Part shown: piece by piece, positions 10,441 to 22,759 of the stretch
Position numbering within the stretch: the stretch's first letter is position 1
How the letters are laid out: each line of letters starts with the position of its first letter
NCBI RefSeq assembly: GCF_036321535.1
Contig: NC_087440.1
Span: 69,130,001-69,194,000 of the forward strand
Source: Camelus dromedarius
Lineage: Eukaryota
Length of the DNA: 64,000 bases
Reading direction: 5' to 3'
Program-made: the position numbers and the translations under genes
Notes under the pieces: generated by a model
Databases searched by the model: none
The model's input: the letters and a program-made list of their open reading frames with translations, nothing else
Told to the model about the DNA's origin: nothing

Positions 10441-11424
10441 AAAAAAAATTCAGAATTATCAAATGCATTGCATAAAGTAATATTAAGCATTGATTTGTGT
10501 AGCTTTTGTTTCCATTGTGTACAATATATACGTGTGTTCATATGGGGTCAGAGGGTAAAACATATTTCCTACATTCAGGCAAAGAAGTGTGAAAGTTCTG
10601 GGTTTAGACAGTGATAAATAATGACTATACACTGAGGGCCTGCGATGGGTCAGGCCTTAAAGTGTTATCCCATTGATTCGTTGAAGAAACAAGCCATGAT
10701 TTAAGAGATTGTCCAAATCCTTCCAAATTCTCCTTCCTTAGTAAATCAAGGCCAAGCCTGAAGGACCAGCTCCTTGAGTCCTCTCTGAAAAGAGCAGAGG
10801 CCCCTTCCACCCAGGACAGCTAGGCCAGTTCTAAGGCAGTAGAAGAGTAGCCACCCCCTTCCTGGCCTGGAGGATGGTGGGAGGGGAAGGTGGAGAGAGA
10901 AGAGAGTCAGGAGTGCATCATGCTTTTTCCTCCTTCCCAGGTCTCAGAATGGAGCAGGAAAGGTGCGTTACCTAGTCAGTGTTCCTGCAAGCACGGGGGG
11001 CTCTCACCCAGCTCCGTGCTGGGATTCTGGGACGAAGCTGCCTCCAAAGTGATTTTATACCAACAGAGGGCAGCCAGGTCAAAGTGAAGCTGTTGGTCAA
11101 GCCGTTGGGCAGAGAGAGGCTCTGAGGCTTAGCTCTCCTGGGTCCCTGCAGTTTCCACAATGCGTGGCTGCTACTATGAGAGCCAGCAGCCTGCTGTGGG
11201 ACTGGCCCAGTGGAACAAGGTGACCCTGCAACAAGCTCAGGAAAGGCAGGGGTCTGCACCAGTGAGAACACAGGGGAAATGAGCATCCAGCTGCAAAGGG
11301 GAGAAGCCAGTGTTGGGAAGCTGGGGTGGGAGGAGTGGGGGGGAACTTGCTGAAGAATCCACAAGTTCATGCACCATAACCGCGGGGCCCGCATAACGGG
11401 TACCAGCAGAAACCAAGAGGACAG

Positions 11425-11610
11425 TTAGGTGGTGGTTAGGAACAAAGATTCTGGGCTGCCCACACTCTGCCTGGCTTCAATTCCCATCTCTGCCACATAC
11501 TACTTGTGTGACCTTGGACAAGTTACTTAGCCTTTTAGTGCCCTGGTTTCCTTGTCTGTAAAATGAGGATGATGATAACAATAGGCTGTTCTAAGAATTA
11601 AATTAGTCTG
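11425..11610 (+). mobile_element. MIR SINE
   Basis: tgtgtgaccttggacaagttactta...tttccttgtctgtaaaatgagg MIR core. Confidence 0.85.
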
Positions 11611-11898
11611 TGAAGCTCTTATATATGAAGTGTTCTTTAAGCTCTTATATATAAAGTGTTCTTATATATAGGTGTTATTTAAGTTGAATAAATAAATTAT
11701 TCACCAACCAAAAGGATTCTATAAGGATATCACATGATCCCAAGATCTCCAAATTGGACTTTCAGTAAAAATCCCCTCAATCATCAGCTCATGAAGAAAG
11801 CTGGATCAGCTATCGACTGTACATTTAAGATATGGTGTAAATTGAAAGATTTGACCCCTCTGCATAGTCCAACTGGGAAGACCAACATTGAGCAGGGG

Positions 11899-12017
11899 TT
11901 TTTTGTTTGTTTGTTTTTGTTTGTTTGTTTTTGATTAATGGCGGTACTGGGGACTGATTGAACCCAGGACCTCATGCATGCTAAGCATGTGCTCTACCAC
12001 CGAGCTATATCCACCCC
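11899..12017 (-). mobile_element. Vic-1 SINE (short variant with (CAAA)n tail)
   Basis: Reverse complement of head ggggtggatatagctcggtggtagagcacatgcttagcatg; flanking ttgagca repeat. Confidence 0.9.
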
Positions 12018-12082
12018 TTGAGCAATTTTTTAAGTAAGACATTACTTACCTCCAGTTGTCCAAATGTAATTCAGGAGGGGAC

Positions 12083-12525
12083 TGTGGTAGGCAGAATAAC
12101 AGTCCTTCCCACAATATCCATGTCCAAATCCCCAGAACCTACAAATATATTAGGTTACATGACAAAGGGGAATTAAGGTTGCTAATTAGCTAATCTTAAA
12201 ATAAGGAGATTATTCTGGATTGTCAGGGTGGGCCAATGTAATCACAAGGATCCTTAAAAGAGTCCGAGGGAGATGTGACTATGGAGGAATGGTCAGGGAG
12301 ATACAAGGTTGCTGGTTTTGAAGATGGAGAAAAAGGGGTCATGAGCCAAGAAATTCAGCTGGCTTTGGAAACTGGAAAAGGCAAGGAAACAGATTCTATC
12401 ATAGAGAGTCGAGAAAGGAATGCAGCCGTACCAACACTTCGATTTTAGCCTGTTAGATAAGAATCTGCATTGTTTTAAGCTACCAGTTTTGTGGTAATGT
12501 TACAGTAGCCATGGAAAACTAAGGC
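12083..12525 (+). mobile_element. MaLR solo LTR (MLT1D-like)
   Basis: tgtggtaggcagaataa...gttacatgacaaaggggaattaaggttgc...gtggtaatgttacagtagccatggaaaactaa. Confidence 0.85.
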
Positions 12526-14764
12526 GGGAACATTTTCTAAATGTGTTAGTTTCTGGAAAGTATTCGTATCATGTATTAGATACATGTATTACAATGTGCA
12601 TTAGAAGCCCCAGTTTTCAGATTATAGTTTGAGCAGGAAGTCTGGCTGGGTGGGCAAGGCAGTCCCAGGATGCCAGCTCACCAGGAGGTTCCCAGAGCAA
12701 CAGGCCAAGAAGTTACTCTGAGACAGTAGTCTTAAAGTACAGTCTGTATACAGTCCTCTGGCTGAGGGATGAACTCCAATATGCAAATGGTTTCTTGGAG
12801 CTTCTTCTCGGACTTGATAACTGTTGGTACTAGCAGGCCACAGTGTGGAGGCTGAGTATAGAAATGGTTAACAAAAATAAACCAGAGTCAGCCGTCAAAA
12901 GCTGCTGTGGAAATTCCGTGCCTTTGATGACCACAGTTCCCCGGCAAGGTTGTATAACCACCCAGAGTTTGTAAATGAGTCTTTCTTTTCACAATGAAGA
13001 GAAAAACACAAACTTAAGAGTCAAGGCAATGTGCACAGCATTCCTGGCATCCAGCTCAGCAGCAATGCTGGGGTTCAATCACCCTGCACAGGTTGATTTT
13101 TTCCTGTCTGAGACAGGCAAATATTTATTGGTGTGCATAGCTCAAAAGTTAAGCTCGCTGCACAGTGGGAAGGAAGTCTTTTCACAATCCTCTGCCAGTA
13201 ACATAATATTGGTCCTGGGACATCAGTCTTAGCATTAATGTGGGAGGTGTCATTTGAGTTCTCAGGCCAAGAAGTTGCTAGACATTCATGAGGTTACTTT
13301 AGGTCTCATGATCTCTTAAAGGAAGAAGGAAGTCCTCCTATTATGGGAGTGGTCATATCTGGGGATTACAACAAGGGACCATATACTGTGGCAGTATACA
13401 GAGTCCATAAGGAGCTACAGCTCTTTGGAGATCTTTGTGAACGTGGGATTCTTCACAGTAGCTCCAAGGAACTGTGTATAAAAGCTGTAGTTTGTGGATT
13501 TCTTGGAGAGGGCACAAGGCCCTGTGGACTCCCTAATGTATCCCCTTCTACTTCCTAATTACAAAGAGTTCCCCAGAAGGCAATGAGATGGAAGGACCAC
13601 CCTGGATGGCTAGCTCTAAATTACATTTATGTTACATTTATATTTAGAGCAGCCCAGCATGTCAGCTGGACCATCTCTGGCCCTTCTATCACTCATTTAG
13701 AATCACTCTCTAAAGCTATCTCATTTGAACAGCCTTTGCCCTGTAGTGTTGGGCTTTGCCTGGTTTCCTGACATGAATTTTTCCCTTTGCCCCTAGTGGG
13801 AAGGTGTGGTCACTGACTCACCTGCCAGACTCTCCTTGTCTGACTCCAGTCGATTGGTTAACTCCCATCTGATGTGGCTGCAAAGAGCTGGAGGACCTGT
13901 GGAATGCCACAGAACCCCTGTGTGGTCCAAATCCCAGGTCCTGGTGTGGTTCTGGCAATATCTATGAATTTCTGTCCTGAGCTGCACTCACCTTCCTTTA
14001 GCCTAGGAATTCATCCTCCCCCAGGAGGAGAAACAAAACTAACAGCCTTGAGGGCTAATAGCCAGAGGCCTGGATTCTGGGTGTTGGTTACAGATTCATA
14101 ACAGCTACCCTAGAGAAGGAGCCCATATAACAAATAAAGCTTGGCTTTGTGGCCCAGCTAGTCCTGGTTTCAAATGAGAGCCTACACCAAGTCAGGGTCT
14201 TGTTGACTGTATTGTGGTGACTGGCCAACCTTACCACACTTATAGGTATGAACGGACATGATGCAAGAGGTGGGTGTACATCCACACCTGAGTGCAGTGT
14301 GGCCACAGGGGTTCTCCCAGCACAAGCTATCTCCAGGAAGCAGATAACCTATGGAAGGCTACATTCTTCTCCCTTCTGTGGAGTTAAATGGAGCTTCTAG
14401 AGATTTCTAACAGCTACACAAAGGAATGATTTGAATTGTCTAAATCCTGTCAAGGCAGTGAATTGAGGGCTTCATGCATCAAAAAGTGAGACACATGCCA
14501 AAAAACCACAAACAAACCTCCAAATGCTCTTTCTGCAACTGAAACCAGCAATAATGCATAGAGCAAGGACAGGATTAGCTGCCCTGCACTTCCCCATCTC
14601 CCCCATCCCTTGCCTTCTGGTATAGCTAGAGGACTGTGAGCTCACGCCCGCTACATTTCTGCATGCCTTGTGAGCAGAGCCATTGACTGCCCTTTGTTCC
14701 AAACTATCTTTTTAAGATAGTGTCTTTCTCAGAGCAAAGTACAGGCATGCTTACTGTCCATTAT

Positions 14765-15044
14765 TTGAAATCTGGTTCCCTAAGCTTAGGATTCCTCTCT
14801 TCCACGGGCCTCACTGTGAGCGGGTGTCACCTGGCTCTCTTTGTGTTGCCTTTGGGAACTGGGGCTCAGGAGCCACTGTAAGAAAATGCCAATACTCTTG
14901 CTACTGTTGCTGTGAATAAAGGAATTCTTTGTTTCTGACCCAGAAGTCTTGTATGTTCTGCCAGCATCCACGAAACCGTGGCAAGCTAACTTGTTAGCTT
15001 GCAAAGTGGATAAAAAAATCTGAGCACCTTCACAGTTCTTGACA
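14765..15044 (+). mobile_element. ERVL-type LTR 3' part (MER77-like)
   Basis: aataaag, gctaacttgttagcttgcaaag and terminal cttcacagttcttgaca; family from memory. Confidence 0.55.
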
Positions 15045-16244
15045 ACCCCTTATTTCTTTCTCATAAAACATACCTCCTTGACCCACCAACTATACCCTTC
15101 ATGTCTGTGATCCTTAAAGCCAACTTGGTGGTTTGGGGCCAAAGAGAAACTACTTTTACCCAGGTGGGGACAAACCAAAGGATCAAATTGAAGAGCAAGG
15201 CTAAAGCTAGGGCTCGAATGAGATATAGGAGACTTGGTTTAAGCCCAAGAGCAGAGGAGGATCTTCATACTTCTGGGCTTTTTATGGCTATATTGTTGGT
15301 TGTATGTTCTAGTCAACTGACTGACAGGCAATTCTCAACCTACTTAGGTAAATAAACACATTGGTTTACTCATATGTAAAATGAAATGAGTTGGATTAGA
15401 TTATTCCTGAGGTTCTTTCCATCTATAAAATTTGTGCTTTATAAACTTGTAACAGAGCTGCTGAGCACAGACACTAGGCATGTGACCTAAATTAAAAGAA
15501 TAATTGCAAAGAAGACTATGGTATAGTAGAGAGAACATAGCATTAGAAATTAAGAAGCTTGAATTCCAAAATGAAGAGGTGATATATTCTAAAAAATACT
15601 ATTAACTAAATGTGTAGTAGGTCTTTTAATATTCAAATATTAAAATTACTTGATTTTCTCTTTTTTGAAACAGAAGAGGGATATTCATAAGATCTAGATA
15701 AAACATGGGTTAAATTGTCTTAGGTTTGGGTTTCAATGAAAACATTTCTTTCTACTAATAAAGTTATTCACTACTGCGAAAAAAGAAAAAATGAAGCCTG
15801 AATTCCAGGCCCAGGCTGCCACTACCTAGCTGTGTGATGCTGGACAAGTCACTCAGCTTTAGCTAAGTGGCAAAATGATTTTAGGTGGCTCAAGGATGTG
15901 GCATTAAATCCCACAGTGAAAAAGTAAGTTTCAACTTTCTTTTTATTTTTCTGATTATGTCTCAGTTTAGTGCTAGTGTGTCTTCAGTGGCTCTTTAATA
16001 CTTGCTAATCTCTCTTTTTGACAAAGCGAGAGAAGCTCAGACACTTCACAGACAGCACTGTTTCCTGGCCCACGAAATGGGAAGAGTGATAGCTCCCTCG
16101 GTTTGTTAAGAAGGAGATAACATAACACCTGAAACCCTCAGCCCAGGGCTCAGCTAGGAGATGACTTGTGATAAGGGAAAAAGGCTGACGACTTGACTCA
16201 GCACCCACCCTGGTGCCAGCCCTGGACTTTCACATGTCAGCTCC

Positions 16245-16460
16245 CACATCCTCACAGTAACCCGTGCAGTGGGTGTTGTTATTCTCGCTCAGTAACCCCA
16301 TGCGGTAGGTACTGTTCCCCTCATGTTACAGACGAGTGAGCTGAGGCTCAGAGAGGGTGAGTAACTTGCCTGGAGTCTTAGAACCTGTAAGTGGATCCAG
16401 ATGAGGTTCAAACCCCAATTTCTCTGACGTCAAAGATCTGCTTTTTCCCAAATCATCACA
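16245..16460 (-). mobile_element. MIR SINE with small internal duplication
   Basis: ttacagacgagtgagctgaggctcagagagggtgagtaacttgcc is the reverse-strand MIR core. Confidence 0.8.
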
Positions 16461-17123
16461 TTGCTGCCTCCCACTAACTCTGAAGCCAGACCTGATTAAA
16501 TAGGAACCACCTGGCTAGAGATGGGGAGACGGGGACACAGAAGGAACTGTGAATCCCTGTCTTGCTTATGAGCATCCTCGGTCTCATTGCCAATCTGGGA
16601 CAGCCTCGGGGACCCTGGTTCCTGGTCCTGGTTTCCCACTGTCTCTCCTGTTCCCACTTGTCCAATGGAAAATTCTCTTTCTTCATCCAATCCTCCAGGT
16701 GCTGGAGACCTTTCATTGGCTGCTTATTCAGGTTGCTGGATCCCCACCTTCTGTTGGATTTTTCTTCTACCATCCTCTTCCCTGTTTGGACTTTGGCCAG
16801 TTGCCTGACATTGGACCAGTGCTAACCCTTGACCCTGTGGGACTCAGCTAGGTGTCTTGGTCTCCACCAATCTTCTGGCTCGATGGTGACTTCCCCTACA
16901 GCAAAGTAATTTCTCTCACACAGTTTGTCCTCTCAGAGCCTCTACCTTCCTTTGCTTTAGTTTGTCATGACTCAGTGTGTGGGCAGCACCTAGGCTGTTT
17001 CTAGGGTTACTGCCAATCCACACTTCAGGCCACCATCATCTCCCAACTGGACAACTCTAATGGGCACCAGTCTTGCTTGACTCCATTCCTTCTCCAGAGT
17101 ACAGTTAAAACTGGGCTTTCTAG

Positions 17124-17254
17124 TGGGGAGTATAGAGCTCGGGGGTTGAGTGCATGCAGAGGTAGAGTGCTGGGTTCAATTCCCAGTGCCTCTGTTTAAA
17201 AATAAACCTAATTGCCTCCCCCCATCAAAACAAACAAACAAACAAGCAAACAAA
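17124..17254 (+). mobile_element. Vic-1 SINE (diverged)
   Basis: ctgggttcaattcccagtgcctc...aataaacctaattgcctcccccc plus CAAA tail; TSD ctgggctttct 17111-17121 / ctgagctttct 17261-17271. Confidence 0.88.
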
Positions 17255-17559
17255 GCCCCCCTGAGCTTTCTGAAGTGCCACCGATTGTGAAACTCTCCCA
17301 CTTATTCTTCAGCATTTCCCACCATCCTTTGGATAAAATCATGATCCTTCAGCCTGGCTTTTAAAAATCTTTGTGAACTGGTGCCTACTGAACCCTTTAG
17401 CCTATTCTCTCCCTATGACAAGCCAGTGGTGTTGACACTAGTTACAGTCTCTGAATGCTTCTGGATGTCCTTGGCACACAGTCGGTGCACCTGTATTGCT
17501 CCAATAGTATCCTGGGTCATCTACTATCACAGTGAGGCAGAACAATTTCAGCGGAGGAG

Positions 17560-17775
17560 CTGGATTAAAATTCTAGGTATTCCACTTGCCCCAGCTGTGT
17601 GACCTTGGGCAAGTCACTCAACCTCTCTGTGCTTCCATTTCCTCATCTGTAAGATGGAGATAATAAAAGTACCTACTAGTAGGGTTTGTGTGAAGATTAA
17701 AAGTGATAAAGCATGGTCAATGGCATAGTGCAGTGTCTAGCACATAGTGAGCATTTAATAAATACTGGCTATTGT
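17560..17775 (+). mobile_element. MIR SINE
   Basis: gctgtgtgaccttgggcaagtcactcaacctctctgtgcttccatttcctcatctgtaagatgg. Confidence 0.88.
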
Positions 17776-17819
17776 TTTTTCAGCACACACCGAAACACAC
17801 CGTAAACTACTGTAAAGAC

Positions 17820-17965
17820 CAGTCCCCTGTTTTGTCTTCCTCACTCTAAGCATCTTGAGGGCAGCGAGGGTGGCTCATTCACCACTGAATCTCTGGGTGC
17901 CTAGCACAGAACCTGACACATATGGTACTCAATACATGTTTACTCAGTGGGTGAATGAATGAATG
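17820..17965 (+). mobile_element. L2 3' end
   Basis: gtgcctagcacagaacctgacacatatggtactcaatacatg...gaatgaatgaatg. Confidence 0.75.
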
Positions 17966-19429
17966 TCTTTCTCCCTAGTTTAGCTAAGTTGACTTTGCCT
18001 GATCCTGAAGTTCTCTTTGGATTCCCAAGAACAGTTTTCCCTGCTCTGGCCTGGGCAGGTCACAGCCCAAATCTTGTCTATGGCAGTGAGATTTCAGCTC
18101 TAAACAACTGGTGTCAATACAGGTAAGAAAGAGCCCTGGTGGTGTCAAAGAAAAATCTCTCCCAGTTTGTCGTCTCAATACCTCTACTTGCCTTGGTTCT
18201 ACTTTGTCATGACTAGGTGTGGGCAGCACCCAACCAGAGCAGGGCATTCGTCCCTTCAACGAGGGTTTTCTGGGCCATACCCTGTTGGGTACTGAGGGGA
18301 GAGTGTGAGCCCTGCTTCCAGGGAGCTTCCTGAGGGGTGGCCAGGGTCAGATCTGGCTGGCCAGGCAGGGAGATAGGCAGCTCCCTCGCAGGGCGCACTC
18401 AGCAGATGTCAGGATCTGAACTAGCCACATGCCTGAGAGCCAAAGCATGAATGAGGGACCAGAGAATCTGGTTTCCAGCATCTGGAGCAAATCAAAGGTT
18501 AGGGCAGAATGTCAGTCACACTGAGAAGAGGCAGATTTGAGGCTAGCAAAGATCAGAGTTTAGCAGGTGAAGCCCAGCACCAGCGTGGGGGCTATTGCCT
18601 GCTTGTTCTTTTTTATTTTTATTTTTTTCATTTTTTTTTCTTCTCTCCAGGGAGAAGACTGAAGGCAAAGAGAAAGGTGCTCAGGATTTCCTGCCCCTAA
18701 AAGTAAGGGTGAATAAGAGAGCAGCAGTGGCCACAGGCCAGTATTCAAAAGCAGTTTTGGGTTTCCTGTCAAGACCTGCCTCAGGAAGGCAGTGGCTGTG
18801 GGCTTGGACAGTGGGGCCTGCTCCTGGGCCAGCTGCTGGCAATGTGGGAACACCGAGGACCGGGACACGAGGCCTGGAGCACAGGGCCTGGAGCCTGCCT
18901 CTAAACCAGCTGTGCAGCCTTGCTAAGTCCCTTCACATCTTGGACCTCCATTCCTCCATTTAGAAAAGGAGGGTTAGGACATTGCTAAGGGTTTCCAACC
19001 TTCCAATCTAAAGACTTATTTTTCAAAGCAAAAAATTTCAAAGACTTTACAGGATGGCAGTGGTCTTTTTGGTATCTGTTGATCAAAAGAAAATGCAACA
19101 TGATTTAAAAAAAAAGCTTTTATATCTTTTAAAGGAATTTGCATTTTATCAATCACAGGAGCATCTGCTGTCATTTACAAAAATTAGGGGTGCGACAACC
19201 TTAGTGGCCCAGAGTCACATCCTTCATGAAAAACTTTTACTCAGATCCAACCAGCAGAGCTTTTGTCTTCCTTAGAACTCAGAGAAGTTAGTTACCTATA
19301 CCTCTGACTTGAAAAATATGAGGGACACCACATTCCTGGGCAAGTGTTTTTCAAACTTTTACTTATCATAAAGTCCATCATGATGCTAATATGATGGAAC
19401 AAAATTTGAAAGCAGGGATGATGGGTGAC

Positions 19430-20000
19430 ATCTGTCACTTTTTGGCTGCTGGGCTTCAGAATCCCTTCCCAGGTGTATGGAAGACTCCAACTTAAGAGTG
19501 TTAGTGGCAGTTAGAGCCCACTGCTCATCTCTCAGTGCAGAGGCTGAAACCAGCAGACACTTCCCAGCCTCCTTTCTCGGCAGGGTTTAAACACGTGACC
19601 TGAGCTCGGCCAATCCGAGGCAGTGCTCTGGATTCTGAGTCAGAGACCACAGAGGGAGCCTCTGAGATCACCTTTTACAGTGGGGTGGCTGCAGCTATAG
19701 CGGCCATGTCCAGATTCCAGGGTATCAGCAGCAGCAGTGTCGCATTCAGGCTCTGACAGCGGTTGTGGCACAAGCTTCCCAGGGTTCTGAGGTCCAGGCA
19801 GGACTCTCTGGAGAGCCTCTGTGCCACCACTGTGGGCACGCTCCTGACTGCCACCCACATCCTTGTTCTTGTTCAGGCCCTGAGCCGGGCTCTCCTGCCT
19901 TCCCAGGGACCGTGGGCTACTCGACATCCTTCCCATGAATTCCTCTTCCGCTTAACTTGTCCAAAGCCAGTTCCTGTTGCATTTTTAAGTCAGGGCCCAA
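19430..20000 (+). mobile_element. Old ERVL solo LTR (LTR33/LTR16-like)
   Basis: cacttcccagcctcc...cacgtgacctgagctcggccaatc and 3' block ctctcctgccttcccagggaccgtgggctac...atccttcccatgaattcctcttccgcttaa. Confidence 0.6.
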
Positions 20001-20100
20001 GCCGATTCGTGGTCTTTTGTCAGTCTCAGCATCCAACTTCTTTTTGTATTTTGCTTTGGTCACATAGTTCTGAGAAAATTCTGATCATACAGACGGATGA

Positions 20101-20436
20101 TAACTTAGTCTGTTCGGGCAGCTATGACAAATTACCATAGACTGGGTGGCTTATAAACAACAGGAACTTATGTCTCTCAGTTCTGGAGACTGGAAGTCTA
20201 AGATCAGAGTGCCAGCATGTTGGGTGTGGGGCCTTTTCCAAGTTACAGACTGGCAGAAGGAGCTAGAGAGATCTGTGGGGCCTCTTTTATGAGGGCACTG
20301 ATCTCAATCATTAGGGATTTACCCTATTACCTAAAGTCACTCCCAAAGGTCTCATCTTCTAGTACCATCCCCTTGGGGATTAGGATTTCAACATGTGATT
20401 TGGGGGTGGGGCATACATTCAAACCATTACATAACA
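20101..20436 (-). mobile_element. MaLR solo LTR (MLT1A/B-like)
   Basis: cttagtctgttcgggcagctatgacaaattaccatagactgggtggcttataaacaacag...cattacataaca. Confidence 0.85.
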
Positions 20437-20439
20437 CCC

Positions 20440-20640
20440 ACTGTATGCCAGACCCTATTCTAATCATTTTAACAAATATTAACTCACTTAACAAACTTTT
20501 GAGGTAGGTCTGTCATTAACATTCCCCTTTTATAGATGAGAAAACTGAGGTACCAAGAAGTGGAATAATTTGCCCAAGGTCAAGGATTTAAATCAAGGCC
20601 GTCCTGCAATGAAGTTTGTGCTCTTAACTCCTGCTAACAG
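20440..20640 (-). mobile_element. MIR SINE
   Basis: ccttttatagatgagaaaactgagg...aataatttgcccaaggtca. Confidence 0.75.
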
Positions 20641-21099
20641 TATTTTTTTCACAATTTGTCTTTTGAGATTAGAATAGTCTTCCATTAAACCACTTTAGAA
20701 GCTAGAAAGAGAAGTGGAAATTTTTACTTCAAAGTTGAATGAGTAACAATCAAAATATCCAGTAACTGCTCTTCGTCCTCATCATAAACATAAAAGTCAG
20801 GCAATAAACAACTAAAACTTACAACAAGTACTAAACAAACAAGACAATTTGATCACTCTGAATTCACTGTTACAAGCCTGGTGGTTTATGGAGCCTCATG
20901 GATCCCAGTGCAGGAAGTACTCAGCTCTTCATTGCTCTGACTTGGCAAGCAGACGTGCCCAGGCTGGTGCAAGGCACACCCACTAGCAGGGCCAGCCTGG
21001 GCTCAGAGACACCAGGAGAAGCTCATGCCAAAGTCTGCACAAAACCGAATTTACAAAAAAAAGATACCACATTGATGACAGTATGTCACAGGGGCACAG

Positions 21100-21815
21100 G
21101 AGTCAACCGAGGCAGCTCCCAATGGCCAAAGCTGGAACAATCTGAGGAATAAAATAAAGCAATCTGATAATAATTCAAAGTATAAAGTAAATATCCATGA
21201 GTCCCTCCTGACATAAAGTCTTTGAAAGAGAAGACTTTGCAGTGGAGAAATCTGACAAACACGACTGCAGGCAGGTGATGAGATCAACACCACCAGTCAT
21301 AAATCATGTTGCCAGCATGTACCTACCTTTGACGGGTGATGAAAATGGCACTTGACCTCTGTGATCATCCTCCCCAAAATCCATATCCCCAGTCTACCCG
21401 TGAGAAAAATATCAGACAAATCCCAATGGAGGGATTGCAAGCAGGATGAAATACTCAACCAGTACTCACAAGGTCATCCAAAACAAGGAAAGTCTGAGGA
21501 ACTGTTACAGCCAAGAGGAGCCTAAGACAACACCTTAATGTAATGTGGCTTCTCAGATGGGATCCTGAAACCGAAAACAGCCATTAGGTAAAACCTAAGG
21601 AAATCTGAATAAACTATGGACTTTAGCTTAAAATAATGTCTCCATATTGATTCCATCAATTGTGACAAATGTACCACACCCATGTAAAATGTTATTAATA
21701 GGGGAAAGTGAGAGCTGGGGACGGGGTAGGTAACAGGAGAATTCTGTACTATCCGCTCAATTTCTTTGTAAATCTAAAACTTTTATTTTAAAAAGTTTGT
21801 TACTTAAAAAGAATC
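21100..21815 (+). mobile_element. L1MC-type 3' end
   Basis: ccaaagctggaacaat...gtggagaaatctgacaaacac...gatgaaaatggcacttgacctctgtg...tttctttgtaaatctaaaac. Confidence 0.75.
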
Positions 21816-22759
21816 ATAAAATTGACTGCCCTCCCCTCAAAAAAGTTAGTTTATCTGATGATGCAACTTAAACCACTGAGGTCTCAGTGTGCTAACTGTG
21901 TCTTTTGAATGCATTCACATTGCTATAGGCTAACCACTTTTTAGAAGCAGGTTTTGAAATATTTTAATAATTTTCTTAAATGAAATTCTAATCTTCACAT
22001 TGCATCCCTGAATCTCCTCACAGTAGCTAAGCACAGTCTGAGCTGTTCTGGTGGAGAGGAAATCACAGGTCATGTCATTTGTTTCTGTCCCTGAAACTCT
22101 CTGGATCTCTGAGATGGAGGAAAAAACTCCGTATCTCAAGGCAAAGCATTTCAAAACAACACCATAACTTCCCTTCCCCCCACCTCCACCCAAGACACCC
22201 TGTGAGCAACTGTTTGAAGCCAAGGCTGCAGTTGTCTTTGTCCCACATTTGCCTGTCAAGCCCGGGGCTCCTCGGCAGCGGGAAGGGCAGAAGGCTGGTA
22301 TGAAGCAGGGCAACAGATGGCCGGGACGTGTCCTCTTGACGCTCAGCTGCCTGGCCAGCCTGCCAAGCTGTGTACATTTCAGACGTTTGAGGTTCAACCA
22401 AAAGAGACGAGTAATGATTTTAAATCACTTGCTGAAACATGTGGCTAATCCTTGGGTAGCCAGAGAAGAGCACTTTAAAAACTCACTTAAATCCAGTGGG
22501 GGGAACAAGGAAACTCTGTGTGCTTTCCTGGCCTTGAACCCAGATCAGGCCATCCGGGGGGCAGTTGGGCATCTGTCCATGTTGCCAATATGCATCTTGC
22601 TTTCTATGCTTTTGGAGAGTGTGAAGTTTCGATATGTGTGTTTATCTGGGGTGAGAGTGAGGAGGCTGTGAGCAGGTAGGTTTGGATCTTGAGAGATTAG
22701 GCACCCTGGCATTTGCCTTCTGGTCTGAAATTTCTATATTGCAAAATCTACTGAGTCTC

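Noticed and set aside
9920-10480. 186-aa ATG ORF
   Set aside because: Partly overlaps an antisense L2 remnant, has no domain similarity, and about one ORF of this length is expected by chance in six frames of 64 kb.
11613-11676. Two to three degenerate copies of aagctcttatatat(g/a)aagtgttct
   Set aside because: Local slippage duplication at a MIR end; too short and too few units for an array, and nothing CRISPR-like.
14981-15002. 10-bp perfect inverted repeat gcaagctaac-tt-gttagcttgc
   Set aside because: As I recall, it is an intrinsic part of this LTR family's consensus, not locus-specific.
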